Virus record (IMG/VR): IMGVR_UViG_3300011339_000610
DNA from: an uncultured virus (IMG/VR IMGVR_UViG_3300011339_000610)
Lineage: Duplodnaviria; Heunggongvirae; Uroviricota; Caudoviricetes
DNA: 64,000 nt
Strand: one strand, 5' to 3'
Shown here: one piece after another, positions 19,191-28,300 of the stretch
Layout of the letters: each line of letters opens with the position of its first letter
Position numbering within the stretch: position 1 is the first letter of the stretch
Made by a program: the position numbers and the translations under genes
Notes under the pieces: model-generated
What the model saw: the letters and a program-made list of their open reading frames with translations, nothing else
Databases searched by the model: none
What the model was told of the DNA's origin: nothing

Positions 19191-19316
19191 GTTGTTTTTG
19201 GTTTAAGTTATTTTTTTTATCTAACTCTTTCATTCTTAAGGCAAATGTAATACTTAAAATTAAATTAAAAAATAAATTTTGTATTTTGTATTACAATAAA
19301 TATCTTTGCTGATACC

Positions 19317-21194
19317 ATGATTACATTCTTTAAACAAATTACCGACATCAAAAACTATCATCACAAGGCTCTATCGTTTGCATTAGAACGCATCAAGAAG
19401 CCTAAGAAGACTACTAAAGACTTGATAGACAAGATACGTGCAAGCACAGATTCTAATGAGATATCTGAGTTGAAAAAACAATTGCCGTGTGTATTATTTA
19501 GTGGAGAGTTCACATCAAGAGTTGATACAGGACTTACAAAACACAGTGGATTTATCTGCCTTGACTTTGACATGGACAGTGATGTTACGGCCCAGATGAC
19601 GAAGACGGAACTCAAGATGAGTGAGCACACTTATGCGTGCTGGATTAGTCCTAGTGGTAAAGGCGTAAAGGCATTGTTCAAAATTAAATATCCTGAGAGA
19701 CACAAGGAGCATTTTAAATCTATTCAAGTTCGTTTCCCGCATGTTGACCCTACAGGCATTAACATCAGCAGGGTGTGTTACGAAAGTGTTGATGAGAATA
19801 TCTACATTAACGAGCACTGTTCTGTTTGGGATGACTATATTGAAGAGAAGCAGTACGAAGTCGTAAAAGAAAAGATTGAAATTACAGAGGCCGTAAGGGA
19901 TGACTACGAAAAGTACAAGCGTATATTAACATGGCTTGAGAATAGAAACGATGCTTTTGTTAGTGGCCAAAGAAACTTATTTATTTTTAAGTTGGCAGCT
20001 GCGTGTTGCAGGTTTGGTATTGATATGTATGTTGCAGAAGGGTTTATTGCTACAGACTTCCTTGGAAGAGATAGCGACTTCTCACGTAACGAAGCAATCA
20101 AAGCAATTGAGAGTGCGTATAAAGCTAACGTGCATAAACAAGGTACTGAGTACTTTGAAAACAATAAGATACTTAATAGAGAAACACTTGTTGAGATTAA
20201 TCCTAAGATATTAGAAGATGGGTACAAGCTCCAGGATGTAATTTATGGTGAGCAAGTTTGGGAAGCCGCAGAATCATTATACGACAATGGGTACGAGAGT
20301 GCCGAGACAACACACATCCCTGCTGTAGACCAAATATTTAAATGGAAAAGAGGGCAGATTACATTAACGTCAGGGCTTGCAAATAGCGGTAAGTCAGAGT
20401 ACATTGAATTTCTAGCACTAGTTAAAAGTTATTACAATGGTGATAAGTGGGCCGTATATTCTCCTGAGAATTATCCTGCTGACGAGTGGTACTTTACATT
20501 TGCGGAAAGATTGTTAGGGGCGCATCTTACTCCTGAAAATAAAACGAGAGTAAGTAAGGATGTATTTAAGAAGGCATACGATTTTGTAACAGAGCATTTC
20601 TTTTATGTGTACCCCGAAACACTTAGCCCAACACCACAGACAATTAAAGCAAAGTTCTTGGAGCTGATTATAACAAAGAAAGTAACTGGCGTAATATTAG
20701 ACCCATTCAATCAGTTAACGAATGACTACGGCAAGTTTAATGGCAGGGATGACAAATACCTTGAGTCGGCATTAGGGGATTTCTCACGTTTTGCAAAAGA
20801 GAATAGTGTGTTCTTTAATGTTATTGCACATCCTACAAAGATGCAGAAGAATGCCGATGGCAACTATCCTATGCCTGATGTATTTGATTTAGCAGGTGGA
20901 GCGATGTGGGCAAACAAGATGGATAACATTATGATTTACCACAGGCCATTGAACTTGACAGACCCAACAAGTAATGCCTGTGAAATAGAAACTAAGAAAG
21001 TAAAGAAGCAAAGGTTATTTAAAAGAGGTAAGATAGAAGCATCTTTTGATTATTGGAAGAGACGTTTTATATTTAACGGGATAGACCCATTGGAGAACAA
21101 CAGGTTCATGCCAACTGAAACTCATTCCGATAAGAAACCATACCAAAGCTTTTACGATGTACACAAGGATGATAATGGCGATGCCCCATTTTAA
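19317..21194 (+). CDS. primase-helicase (BT4734/VirE-N-like primase, PriCT-like domain, SF4 helicase)
   Basis: K.QLP.V.FSG.F, HSGFICLDFD, SPSGKG.K; GQRN..IFKLAA; Walker A SGLANSGKS, DPFNQL, IAHPTK. Confidence 0.85.
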   Translation: MITFFKQITDIKNYHHKALSFALERIKKPKKTTKDLIDKIRASTDSNEISELKKQLPCVLFSGEFTSRVDTGLTKHSGFICLDFDMDSDVTAQMTKTELKMSEHTYACWISPSGKGVKALFKIKYPERHKEHFKSIQVRFPHVDPTGINISRVCYESVDENIYINEHCSVWDDYIEEKQYEVVKEKIEITEAVRDDYEKYKRILTWLENRNDAFVSGQRNLFIFKLAAACCRFGIDMYVAEGFIATDFLGRDSDFSRNEAIKAIESAYKANVHKQGTEYFENNKILNRETLVEINPKILEDGYKLQDVIYGEQVWEAAESLYDNGYESAETTHIPAVDQIFKWKRGQITLTSGLANSGKSEYIEFLALVKSYYNGDKWAVYSPENYPADEWYFTFAERLLGAHLTPENKTRVSKDVFKKAYDFVTEHFFYVYPETLSPTPQTIKAKFLELIITKKVTGVILDPFNQLTNDYGKFNGRDDKYLESALGDFSRFAKENSVFFNVIAHPTKMQKNADGNYPMPDVFDLAGGAMWANKMDNIMIYHRPLNLTDPTSNACEIETKKVKKQRLFKRGKIEASFDYWKRRFIFNGIDPLENNRFMPTETHSDKKPYQSFYDVHKDDNGDAPF

Positions 21195-21197
21195 AAT

Positions 21198-21392
21198 ATG
21201 AGAGTATACAGAAAAGGAGATATGTACACGAATGGCAAGTTCAAGTTTATAATTGACGGCATATGGTGGCGTGGTTCGAAAGCAAACAGGGTAGAGCTAA
21301 AGAATATGGCAACAGGAAAGATATTTGAATACCAGGCAGATGCATTTGAATTAGCCGTAGAAGACCAAACATTAAAATTAATTTATAAATAA
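21198..21392 (+). CDS. hypothetical protein
   Basis: ORF directly after the helicase. Confidence 0.6.
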   Translation: MRVYRKGDMYTNGKFKFIIDGIWWRGSKANRVELKNMATGKIFEYQADAFELAVEDQTLKLIYK

Positions 21393-21429
21393 AACTTGTG
21401 TATGTTATTTAATGTATTACATTTGTACC

Positions 21430-21609
21430 ATGAATTACGCACTAATAGATATAAATGGTCATATTGTTATGGAGTTTCATACGGAAGATGAGGCTATGAG
21501 TTATTCGAGAAGACTTGTTGCAAGCGCAAAAGAACACATTTCGATTTACAAGAAAGTAGCAGATATGAAGTATACGGAAGTAGTAGAAACAACAATATAT
21601 GGATATTAA
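21430..21609 (+). CDS. hypothetical protein, probably leaderless
   Basis: ATG 4 nt after GTATTACATTTG (21414-21425). Confidence 0.65.
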   Translation: MNYALIDINGHIVMEFHTEDEAMSYSRRLVASAKEHISIYKKVADMKYTEVVETTIYGY

Positions 21610-21805
21610 AACAACAGACAAAATAGTAGAAGCAGTAATGTGGAAGCTAAAGACCCGTAGCGAGATAGGCATCACAAAGTACAATACTACACTGAATGAT
21701 AGCAAGGAGACAAGATTAGCATTCCTTAGACACGCACAGATGGAGGCTATGGATTTATGCAATTACCTAGAGACATTAATACAAAAAGAAGAACACTTAA
21801 AATAA
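21599..21805 (+). CDS. conserved phage protein, possibly NTP-pyrophosphohydrolase-like
   Basis: RS..G..KY.TTL...L.HAQ.EAMDL..Y motif. Confidence 0.55.
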   Translation: MDIKTTDKIVEAVMWKLKTRSEIGITKYNTTLNDSKETRLAFLRHAQMEAMDLCNYLETLIQKEEHLK

Positions 21806-21812
21806 TACAACA

Positions 21813-22037
21813 ATGAAATATTTATTAATTATTTTACCGTTATTGGTAATGGTCTCTTGTAGTAGCGAGAAAAGAAGAAACATGACTGTTTATATGTCAA
21901 ATGGAACAGGGTTTAATTTAGCATCATGTCATATATCAGTTGATTCGGTGACTACAACCACGCCAACATCAGCAACAATATGGATTGATGGAATAAAAAC
22001 AACAGTGCATGCAGAAAGAATAATGTTATCAAATTAA
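21813..22037 (+). CDS. putative lipoprotein
   Basis: Signal peptide with lipobox MVSC. Confidence 0.65.
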   Translation: MKYLLIILPLLVMVSCSSEKRRNMTVYMSNGTGFNLASCHISVDSVTTTTPTSATIWIDGIKTTVHAERIMLSN

Positions 22038-22053
22038 ATTATAAAAAAAAACA

Positions 22054-22353
22054 ATGGAAACTAAATTCGACAATGTAATTGTAATGTTCGAAAATGAATA
22101 TTACACAGAAGGTGGCAAGTCCCCTAAGTACAAAGGTAAATTAACTGTAAACGGTGTAGAGAAAGAGTTTGCGGTATGGCCAAAAGAAAACAATGGCAAA
22201 ACATTTTTCTCAGGCAAAATCTCTGAGCCTTTTGTTAAGCAAGAGAAAATAGAAAGACAGCCAATCCAAGACCCGCTAAAAAAAGATAGAGATACGTCAT
22301 TTATTAACGACTACCCTATTGATACTACAGCCAGCGATGATTTGCCGTTTTAA
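22054..22353 (+). CDS. putative ssDNA-binding protein (DUF736-like) with DDLPF tail
   Basis: P.YKG...V.G....AVW...SG.I motif and SSB-type acidic C-terminus. Confidence 0.65.
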   Translation: METKFDNVIVMFENEYYTEGGKSPKYKGKLTVNGVEKEFAVWPKENNGKTFFSGKISEPFVKQEKIERQPIQDPLKKDRDTSFINDYPIDTTASDDLPF

Positions 22354-22363
22354 TTAACAAACC

Positions 22364-22675
22364 ATGACAAGCAACTTAGGTAAACCAGACAAAGATACAA
22401 TCTCTAAAACTTTACTTGCCACGTATTGGCATTCAAAAGTTATATCCGAGAATATACTATGGCTTAAGAAGTCAGGTGCATTGCAAGGAATAGAGAATGA
22501 CGAAATAGTGGGGGCTATCAAAGAGTTAGCCCCCAAAGCTAATCACTTTATCAATATAATAGACAAGGCTTTTGTAGATGCTAGGATTAAAAAGATGACC
22601 CTTGAAGAACAGCAAGAGTTTATCTATCAGATAATGGAAATGACAGAAGAAAAAATGAACGAATTAGTAATATGA
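22364..22675 (+). CDS. hypothetical protein
   Basis: ORF in operon. Confidence 0.65.
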   Translation: MTSNLGKPDKDTISKTLLATYWHSKVISENILWLKKSGALQGIENDEIVGAIKELAPKANHFINIIDKAFVDARIKKMTLEEQQEFIYQIMEMTEEKMNELVI

Positions 22676-23112
22676 ACAGAACATCAGTAGAATGGTTGGG
22701 TAAAGAATTAGAAGATTATGGTGACTCACAATTTTGTAAAATAGATTGGGAAACATTAGATTTACTAATTGAACAAGCCAAAGAAATGGAAAAGCAACAG
22801 ATAATAGATGCTTATAACAAATCTTTTGAATTAAGAGATAAGCCATATTCAACAGCAGATAAATACTACAATGAAACTTATGGAAGTAAGGGAAGTGATG
22901 ACCATATTGTTGACACCAACGAAATGGCAGACCAATTTCCTGATGTCAGGAAGATGGTTGAAGATAAAGTTCAAAAATTAATAGACAAAGACATATTTGA
23001 CCAAGCTACTTTAGCAATGGAAGAACATTACGGTAGTGGGTGTGAAACAGAAATAGATGCTTATTTTAGAGGAGCTAAATGGATGCAAGAACAATTTAAA
23101 ACCCATGACTAA
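22672..23112 (+). CDS. mosaic-family protein joining VEWL...YYNETY and GAKW modules
   Basis: Shares blocks with 28944..29375 and 16312..16566. Confidence 0.75.
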   Translation: MNRTSVEWLGKELEDYGDSQFCKIDWETLDLLIEQAKEMEKQQIIDAYNKSFELRDKPYSTADKYYNETYGSKGSDDHIVDTNEMADQFPDVRKMVEDKVQKLIDKDIFDQATLAMEEHYGSGCETEIDAYFRGAKWMQEQFKTHD

Positions 23113-23284
23113 TATGAGAACATTTGGATTATATATGGCACTTTGGGTAATATCAATATTAATAGCATGGAATATTTGGAAAAATTCATGCACTGAAGAG
23201 ATGTTAAAGATGGTACTAGCTACACAGATAGCTTTTATAATTTATTCATTGCTTAAGGAAGAAGATAATGTCCGCCATAAGTAG
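23105..23284 (+). CDS. small membrane protein
   Basis: Two hydrophobic segments. Confidence 0.55.
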   Translation: MTNMRTFGLYMALWVISILIAWNIWKNSCTEEMLKMVLATQIAFIIYSLLKEEDNVRHK

Positions 23285-23391
23285 CAAAATCAGGCATTAA
23301 TGATGGTTTTATGACACATTACTAGTAACAAAGAACACTAAGTATATGTTACGAATATTTGCGTATCAATGCGTATAAATAAAAAAATAAT

Positions 23392-23631
23392 ATGAACAGA
23401 ACACAAAGAAGAAACATGGCCAAGATGATTGTCAAGGGCCAGGTTAATCCAAAAGTAAGACTTAGGTACAGTACCAAGCTAGAAGAGTTCAAGCAGATGC
23501 CATTAGAAGATTTGGAGGCTATGAAGAACGTCAAGTTAAGTAACACAGATAGTTTAGCATTGCAAGATGCAATCAAATTTAAAACAGAAGAAAATGATAA
23601 CAGCGGAGACAGTACGACAGACAATAACTAA
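23392..23631 (+). CDS. hypothetical protein
   Basis: MNRTQRR start typical of phage small proteins. Confidence 0.6.
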   Translation: MNRTQRRNMAKMIVKGQVNPKVRLRYSTKLEEFKQMPLEDLEAMKNVKLSNTDSLALQDAIKFKTEENDNSGDSTTDNN

Positions 23632-24019
23632 AGAGATTATCCTTACAAAGAGATGCCACAACACTAATGTTTACGTTGCCACTCCTTATTGCAAGATAAG
23701 CGACAAGAACCAAACAGATGATGACAAGGTTAACGATATAAAGGGAATTGTTTGCAAGTACTTTGGAATAAACCTCTGGATGATTGAGTCTAGAAGCAGA
23801 AAGCGTGAAATAGTAGAACCAAGGCAAATAGCTATTACATTAGTTAGGGAACATACAAGACTTAGCTTAAAGTCAACAGGATTAAGATTTGGCGGTATTG
23901 ACCACAGCTCCGTGATTTATTCTGTAATTACAGTTAATGATTTAATTATTACAGACAAGGAATACAGAAAGAAGTTTGAACACATTAAAATGCTTGTTCA
24001 TGCAAAACTAGGAAGATAG
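23594..24019 (+). CDS. stand-alone DnaA C-terminal (domain IV) HTH protein
   Basis: SRKREIVEPRQIA..L.REHT.LSL...G..FGG.DHSSVIYS. Confidence 0.85.
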   Translation: MITAETVRQTITKEIILTKRCHNTNVYVATPYCKISDKNQTDDDKVNDIKGIVCKYFGINLWMIESRSRKREIVEPRQIAITLVREHTRLSLKSTGLRFGGIDHSSVIYSVITVNDLIITDKEYRKKFEHIKMLVHAKLGR

Positions 24020-24020
24020 C

Positions 24021-24359
24021 ATGAGTAGAATACTTTACAATAAGACTGTAATCCGTGCAAGGCAATCTTTTATCCTTGGTGAAGACTATGCCTATCCTGC
24101 ACTTGCCGCTTACCTTAGAGACAGGATAAGGAGGCATGACATGTCTATCTCAGGATGGATACGCAAGATAAATGAGGAGTATGACGTAAGGTTTAGCAGA
24201 TGCTTTGTACGGAACTTAGAGGTTAGCTTGCACCACAGGACTATTAACCTGGGGCATTTTAATATGTTTGCTATGTCTTTTAACGAAGATATATTTGACA
24301 TATACGCATTCTGCGCAAAATGGGCTAAAGAAAATAGAAAAAAAACCGTAAATTTGTAA
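24021..24359 (+). CDS. hypothetical protein, possibly DNA-binding
   Basis: Basic helical ORF. Confidence 0.55.
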   Translation: MSRILYNKTVIRARQSFILGEDYAYPALAAYLRDRIRRHDMSISGWIRKINEEYDVRFSRCFVRNLEVSLHHRTINLGHFNMFAMSFNEDIFDIYAFCAKWAKENRKKTVNL

Positions 24360-24372
24360 AAAGCAATATTTT

Positions 24373-24840
24373 ATGCCACTACCATTAAGCAGAAAGCCAT
24401 TAAGTACAAATAATGAAACTATTGATAAACCTGTAAGTAAGAAAATAGCTTATAGCAAAAATGCAGGAAGGGATATTGTGTCAGATGAATATGCTAAAAA
24501 ACATCCTCCTATTTATGTAACAAATAAAAATGACCCTAGGATAGGAGGGTATGCAGAAGCAGGTAATCAATATTTGTTTAAAGAAATAGTAAAACCTGCT
24601 ATTAAAAAACAAACTGCAACAGCAGAACAAATTAAACCATTGGACAGAACACCTAAGTTAAATAAACCTGAAAGGGTAGAACTTAGTATGAAAAAGACTG
24701 AGGTTAAAGAGTCATCAGAAAAAACTGAATTTAAACAAGGCAGAAAGTTTATGAAAGAAACAGGCTTAAGACCTGGCTTTTATAAAGAAGGTGAAACATC
24801 TGATAATTCAAACAAAAAAATACCAATAAAAAGAAGATAA
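24373..24840 (+). CDS. basic hypothetical protein
   Basis: Downstream of a TAaaTTTG element near 24349. Confidence 0.65.
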   Translation: MPLPLSRKPLSTNNETIDKPVSKKIAYSKNAGRDIVSDEYAKKHPPIYVTNKNDPRIGGYAEAGNQYLFKEIVKPAIKKQTATAEQIKPLDRTPKLNKPERVELSMKKTEVKESSEKTEFKQGRKFMKETGLRPGFYKEGETSDNSNKKIPIKRR

Positions 24841-24841
24841 T

Positions 24842-25030
24842 ATGCCACTAAAATCAGGTTCAAGTTCAAAGGTAATATCCGCTAATGTGCGTGAATTATC
24901 TACATCTAAGCCAAGTCCTGCTCGTGCTAAAGCGATAAAGACTATAGCTAAGAAAGAGGGCATCAGCCCAAAGAAAGCAAAAATCAAACAAGCAGTCGCA
25001 ATCAGTTACTCACAATCTAAAAAGAAATAG
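24842..25030 (+). CDS. small basic phage protein (MPLK.G.S..IS.N family)
   Basis: MPLKSGSSSKVISANVREL...QAVAISYS. Confidence 0.7.
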   Translation: MPLKSGSSSKVISANVRELSTSKPSPARAKAIKTIAKKEGISPKKAKIKQAVAISYSQSKKK

Positions 25031-25032
25031 TC

Positions 25033-25095
25033 ATGGCACAAATGATGAAACGCAAAGACGGTTCTACTTCACCAAAAGGGTTATACGATAAATAA
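25033..25095 (+). pseudogene. orphan 5' fragment of a small basic gene
   Basis: MAQMMKRKDGSTSPKGLYDK*, ending 1 nt before the GIY-YIG start. Confidence 0.5.
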
Positions 25096-25096
25096 T

Positions 25097-25717
25097 ATGT
25101 TAGAAATAACAGAACAGCAGTATATTAAATATATAAGGAATAAAGCTAAGGGTGGTGTTATTTATAAGATAACCAACAAAAAAAATGGCGACTTATATAT
25201 AGGAAGTACTAGTAATTTTACAAAAAGGTATTACACGCATATAAATCATATAAGAATAAATAAACAATCATGCGTTTTACTTGTTAGAGCTGTTAGAAGG
25301 TATGGAGAAGATAATTTTAAATTAGAAATTATTGAAGAATGCGAACAAAGTATTTTAATAGCTAGAGAGCAGTTTTATCTAGATACTCTTAATCCTAAAT
25401 ATAATGTTGCAAAAATTGCTGGCAGTAATTTTGGTATAAAAAGAACAGAAGCTGTTAAAAAGGAAAGGTCTTTAATCCAAAAAAACAAATGGCAAGAAGA
25501 AGAATACCGAGAGGTAATGTTATCTAAGCTTTGCAAAAACTGGAGACGAGGTGTAAACCACAGAATGGCAAAACTTAATGAAGAACAAGTAATTATGATT
25601 AAAAAGAAATTGCTATTAGGCTTAATGCCTAAACAAGTTTCTATTGAGCTTGGGGTAAGTTATGATTGTGTAAAAGATATTAAAAGAAATAAAACTTGGA
25701 AAAACGTAATTATATGA
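25097..25717 (+). CDS. free-standing GIY-YIG homing endonuclease
   Basis: GVIYKITN..NG..YIGST..F.KR...H, REQFYLD..NP.YN; C-terminal HTH. Confidence 0.9.
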   Translation: MLEITEQQYIKYIRNKAKGGVIYKITNKKNGDLYIGSTSNFTKRYYTHINHIRINKQSCVLLVRAVRRYGEDNFKLEIIEECEQSILIAREQFYLDTLNPKYNVAKIAGSNFGIKRTEAVKKERSLIQKNKWQEEEYREVMLSKLCKNWRRGVNHRMAKLNEEQVIMIKKKLLLGLMPKQVSIELGVSYDCVKDIKRNKTWKNVII

Positions 25718-25866
25718 AAAAGTTAAATAAATTAGGTGTAGAGAACTCTCTATACAACAATATCCGTGAGAAGGCCGCAAAGAACAAAAAGACAGGAGCT
25801 ACTCCTAAGAAGCCTACAAAGGTGATGTTAATGCAAGAAAAGAAGATTAAGGCTAAGTCTAAGTAA
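25714..25866 (+). CDS. small basic protein (50 aa)
   Basis: MKKLNKLGVENSLYNNIREKAAKNKKTGATPKKPTKVMLMQEKKIKAKSK; ATGA overlap with the endonuclease. Confidence 0.65.
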   Translation: MKKLNKLGVENSLYNNIREKAAKNKKTGATPKKPTKVMLMQEKKIKAKSK

Positions 25867-25868
25867 TT

Positions 25869-26135
25869 ATGGCAAAGAGTGTAAATCTAAGCGTTGGCCG
25901 AGGAGAGAAACTACCTGTAAGCAAAGGCGCAGGCTTAACAGCTAAGGGCCGTGCAAAGTACAATCGAGAAACTGGTAGTAATTTAAAAGCTCCAGCCCCT
26001 AATCCAAAGACAGCAGCAGACAAAGGCAGAAAGAAATCTTTTTGTGCAAGAATGGGCGGAATGCAAGGGCCGACTAGTAAGAATGGAGAGTTGACTAGAA
26101 AAGGTGCAGCATTGAAGCGTTGGGGGTGTAGTTGA
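25869..26135 (+). CDS. small basic phage protein (DUF6321-like)
   Basis: GLTAKGRAKYN..TG.NLKAP...RKKSFCARM...W.C. Confidence 0.75.
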   Translation: MAKSVNLSVGRGEKLPVSKGAGLTAKGRAKYNRETGSNLKAPAPNPKTAADKGRKKSFCARMGGMQGPTSKNGELTRKGAALKRWGCS

Positions 26136-26335
26136 TACACGAATTTAATAAGCCAGTACCTTGTGTAACTCCCCTTGGGGATGGATACGTTTGGTACGTT
26201 GAGAGTTCAGGCACATTAGAGAATGATGTGTTTACGGTTATACTATGCGAAGGCGGTATAGTCAGACACTTCTTGAGTGACCAAATAAATATTTGGGAAA
26301 ATAAAACATTTAGCATCAGCAAGCTTGGAAAATAA
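26132..26335 (+). CDS. hypothetical protein
   Basis: TPLGDG motif; overlaps the previous stop. Confidence 0.6.
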   Translation: MIHEFNKPVPCVTPLGDGYVWYVESSGTLENDVFTVILCEGGIVRHFLSDQINIWENKTFSISKLGK

Positions 26336-26367
26336 ACTTCTAAGTATTACATTTGCATAAACAATAA

Positions 26368-26441
26368 CGGGTTGTAGTGTTAACGGCAGCACATACCGCA
26401 TTAGGTGGTAAAGATGGGGTTCGACTCCCTGCCCTCGGCTA
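26368..26441 (+). tRNA. degenerate tRNA-like RNA; anticodon position reads TTA
   Basis: D arm GTGT/GCAC, anticodon stem TACCG/TGGTA, T loop TTCGACT. Acceptor stem only partly paired; A at position 33. Confidence 0.6.
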
Positions 26442-26453
26442 AAAACAGGTTAC

Positions 26454-26801
26454 ATGAATTTATTACTATTACTACTACTATTTTTTGTAGTTTATTATGC
26501 TATAAGGGGCATAAATTATTTGCTAGAGTATTATGACTTTACTTTTTCGTTAAAGGCTAAGAGCAAGGCACAGTTTACGGAAGCGATAGAGAAAAGATTT
26601 CCATTATTAGATGGGATTGAGCTAAGTAGATACACAATCATATTTAAGACAGACAGATATCACGCACCAAAAATAGGTGAGTACATAACTGTTTGCGGCA
26701 TTGAGTACAGGTGTATAGACCTAACAGACATCAGCGAACTGGATGACCATCTTATTGGCAATCCAATTTACGAGGTGTGCTTGTTTAGAGAAGACCTTTA
26801 G
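26454..26801 (+). CDS. membrane-anchored hypothetical protein
   Basis: N-terminal hydrophobic helix. Confidence 0.6.
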   Translation: MNLLLLLLLFFVVYYAIRGINYLLEYYDFTFSLKAKSKAQFTEAIEKRFPLLDGIELSRYTIIFKTDRYHAPKIGEYITVCGIEYRCIDLTDISELDDHLIGNPIYEVCLFREDL

Positions 26802-27001
26802 TTATAGTTAAGCAAGAAAGGAGTCTGTTCAGGCTCATGCGGCACAATACAAAAGATAGTTACACCTTCATCAGTTTCTACCGTTGCAGTCATCTCTACA
26901 CTTGTAAAGTGAAACACGCCTGTTTGATTAGGCAACATAACATAAGCTTCAGACTCACCATCCATTTCATAGAGTTCAGCTATTAGTTCATTTATAGTCA
27001 T
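26798..27001 (-). CDS. hypothetical protein
   Basis: MTINELIAEL start; acidic. Confidence 0.65.
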   Translation of the reverse strand: MTINELIAELYEMDGESEAYVMLPNQTGVFHFTSVEMTATVETDEGVTIFCIVPHEPEQTPFLLNYN

Positions 27002-27186
27002 GCTTCTTTTATTAATTTGTTGTATAATGTCTCTGCTGATTTATACTCCTTACGCACTGCAAGTTGTTCACCCCAGTCGTATCGAGAAAGTACTCCATAG
27101 TCATCACTGTCGAGGAAGTGGATTAAAGATATTTTGACGTTTTTTAGGTCAACAATAGACATTGTTGTATAGTTTGGTAGTTTCAT
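26998..27186 (-). CDS. hypothetical protein, probably leaderless
   Basis: ATG 4 nt after GTATTACATTTG (27191-27202, minus). Confidence 0.65.
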   Translation of the reverse strand: MKLPNYTTMSIVDLKNVKISLIHFLDSDDYGVLSRYDWGEQLAVRKEYKSAETLYNKLIKEA

Positions 27187-27290
27187 AATTCAAATGTAAT
27201 ACAGAGTAAGTATAATTGCAAGATAATTTCTTTTTCTTTTTTTTTTAAAATATATTTGGATAATAAATAAATTGTATTACATTTGCATAT

Positions 27291-27395
27291 AGAAAGGTAT
27301 TCGAGCGGTTAGAAAGGTGTAAATTCAAAAACATAAAGGGGTTTATAAGTTTTGAAGTTTCAACTATTGCCTGGAGTTACGCTCGATATTTTTTA
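27291..27395 (+). ncRNA. candidate ~100-nt rod-like RNA
   Basis: Promoter at 27274-27285; nested stems TCGAGCG/CGCTCGA, AGGT/GCCT, TTCAAAA/TTTTGAA, then a T-run. Confidence 0.5.
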
Positions 27396-27439
27396 TACCC
27401 GATATGGTATTATAACTCATTCAAATAAATGACAGAAAT

Positions 27440-27679
27440 ATGATAGACAAGATAATAGAATGGTTTCCAGAAGAAGAATTGTTAATAGCTCATGGTTTTG
27501 ATGCGGCTATTATTGGTATAGACGAAGAGACAATGAGATTGATTTATTCAGTGTCAAAGTGTGTAGAGATACTAAGCAAGGACATGAGTGATGAGGATGC
27601 ACTTGAGTATTTTAACTTTAATGTAAAGGGAGCACATATGGGTGAAAAAACGCCTATATGGTGTATAGATGACTTATAG
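27440..27679 (+). CDS. conserved phage hypothetical protein
   Basis: GFD.AIIG...Y....V..L...A.EYF.FN..GA..GE.TP. Confidence 0.75.
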   Translation: MIDKIIEWFPEEELLIAHGFDAAIIGIDEETMRLIYSVSKCVEILSKDMSDEDALEYFNFNVKGAHMGEKTPIWCIDDL

Positions 27680-27995
27680 TTATCCGTGTACGGGGTGTGG
27701 AGCATGTTGCCGTAGGATAGGTGGTATTGTAGAAGCTTGGGGATTAAACGATATTCCTGAGAGTGATGAAATGCACTTCCCTTATGGTTATGATGAGACA
27801 GGCAAATGTGAGATGCTAGCGCAGGATAACAAGTGTAAGGTTTATGAGAACAGGCCAACAATATGCAATGTAGAAAAGATGTTCGCATTGATGGATATTC
27901 CCAAGGATACATTTTACAAGCTAAATATAATTGCCTGTAACAACATGATGGATGAAGACAATATACATTTAGATTACAGAATAGAAACAACATGA
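27669..27995 (+). CDS. YkgJ-family CxxCxxCC cysteine-cluster protein
   Basis: CTGCGACC...C..L...C.VYENRP.IC. Confidence 0.85.
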   Translation: MTYSYPCTGCGACCRRIGGIVEAWGLNDIPESDEMHFPYGYDETGKCEMLAQDNKCKVYENRPTICNVEKMFALMDIPKDTFYKLNIIACNNMMDEDNIHLDYRIETT

Positions 27996-28300
27996 TTATA
28001 CCGTCATCTTTTAAAATGCTAGGGCAGACGATAACTGTAAAGTACGATAATAAGTATTGTAATGAGAACGAATGCTTTGGCAGGTTTATATCTTGGGATA
28101 ATACGATTATACTAGCAACCAGGTACAAGACAGAGAAGGGGTGGCGTAAATACAAGCAAAGCATAGTAGAGGCTACTTTTTGTCATGAGTTGGGCCATTG
28201 CATACTTTACCATGGCGGCAACCCTGAATGGCTAAACGAGCCACTAATAGAATTAATAGGAGGATTTTTACATCAATACGAAACAACAAAAGTAATATGA
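27992..28300 (+). CDS. zincin-like metallopeptidase
   Basis: TFCHELGH HExxH motif with a downstream E. Confidence 0.7.
   Translation: MIIPSSFKMLGQTITVKYDNKYCNENECFGRFISWDNTIILATRYKTEKGWRKYKQSIVEATFCHELGHCILYHGGNPEWLNEPLIELIGGFLHQYETTKVI

Noticed and set aside
19555..19580. DFDMD as an RNA polymerase catalytic motif
   Set aside because: It is the primase motif (HSGFICLDFD) of the primase-helicase.
23268..23390. Weak inverted repeats in the gap after 23284, and TATACCCGATATGGTAT near 27395
   Set aside because: Short and imperfect; I could not define a consistent repeat family within the window.
25033..25866. Group I intron around the GIY-YIG gene
   Set aside because: No flanking non-coding sequence is available for an intron core.
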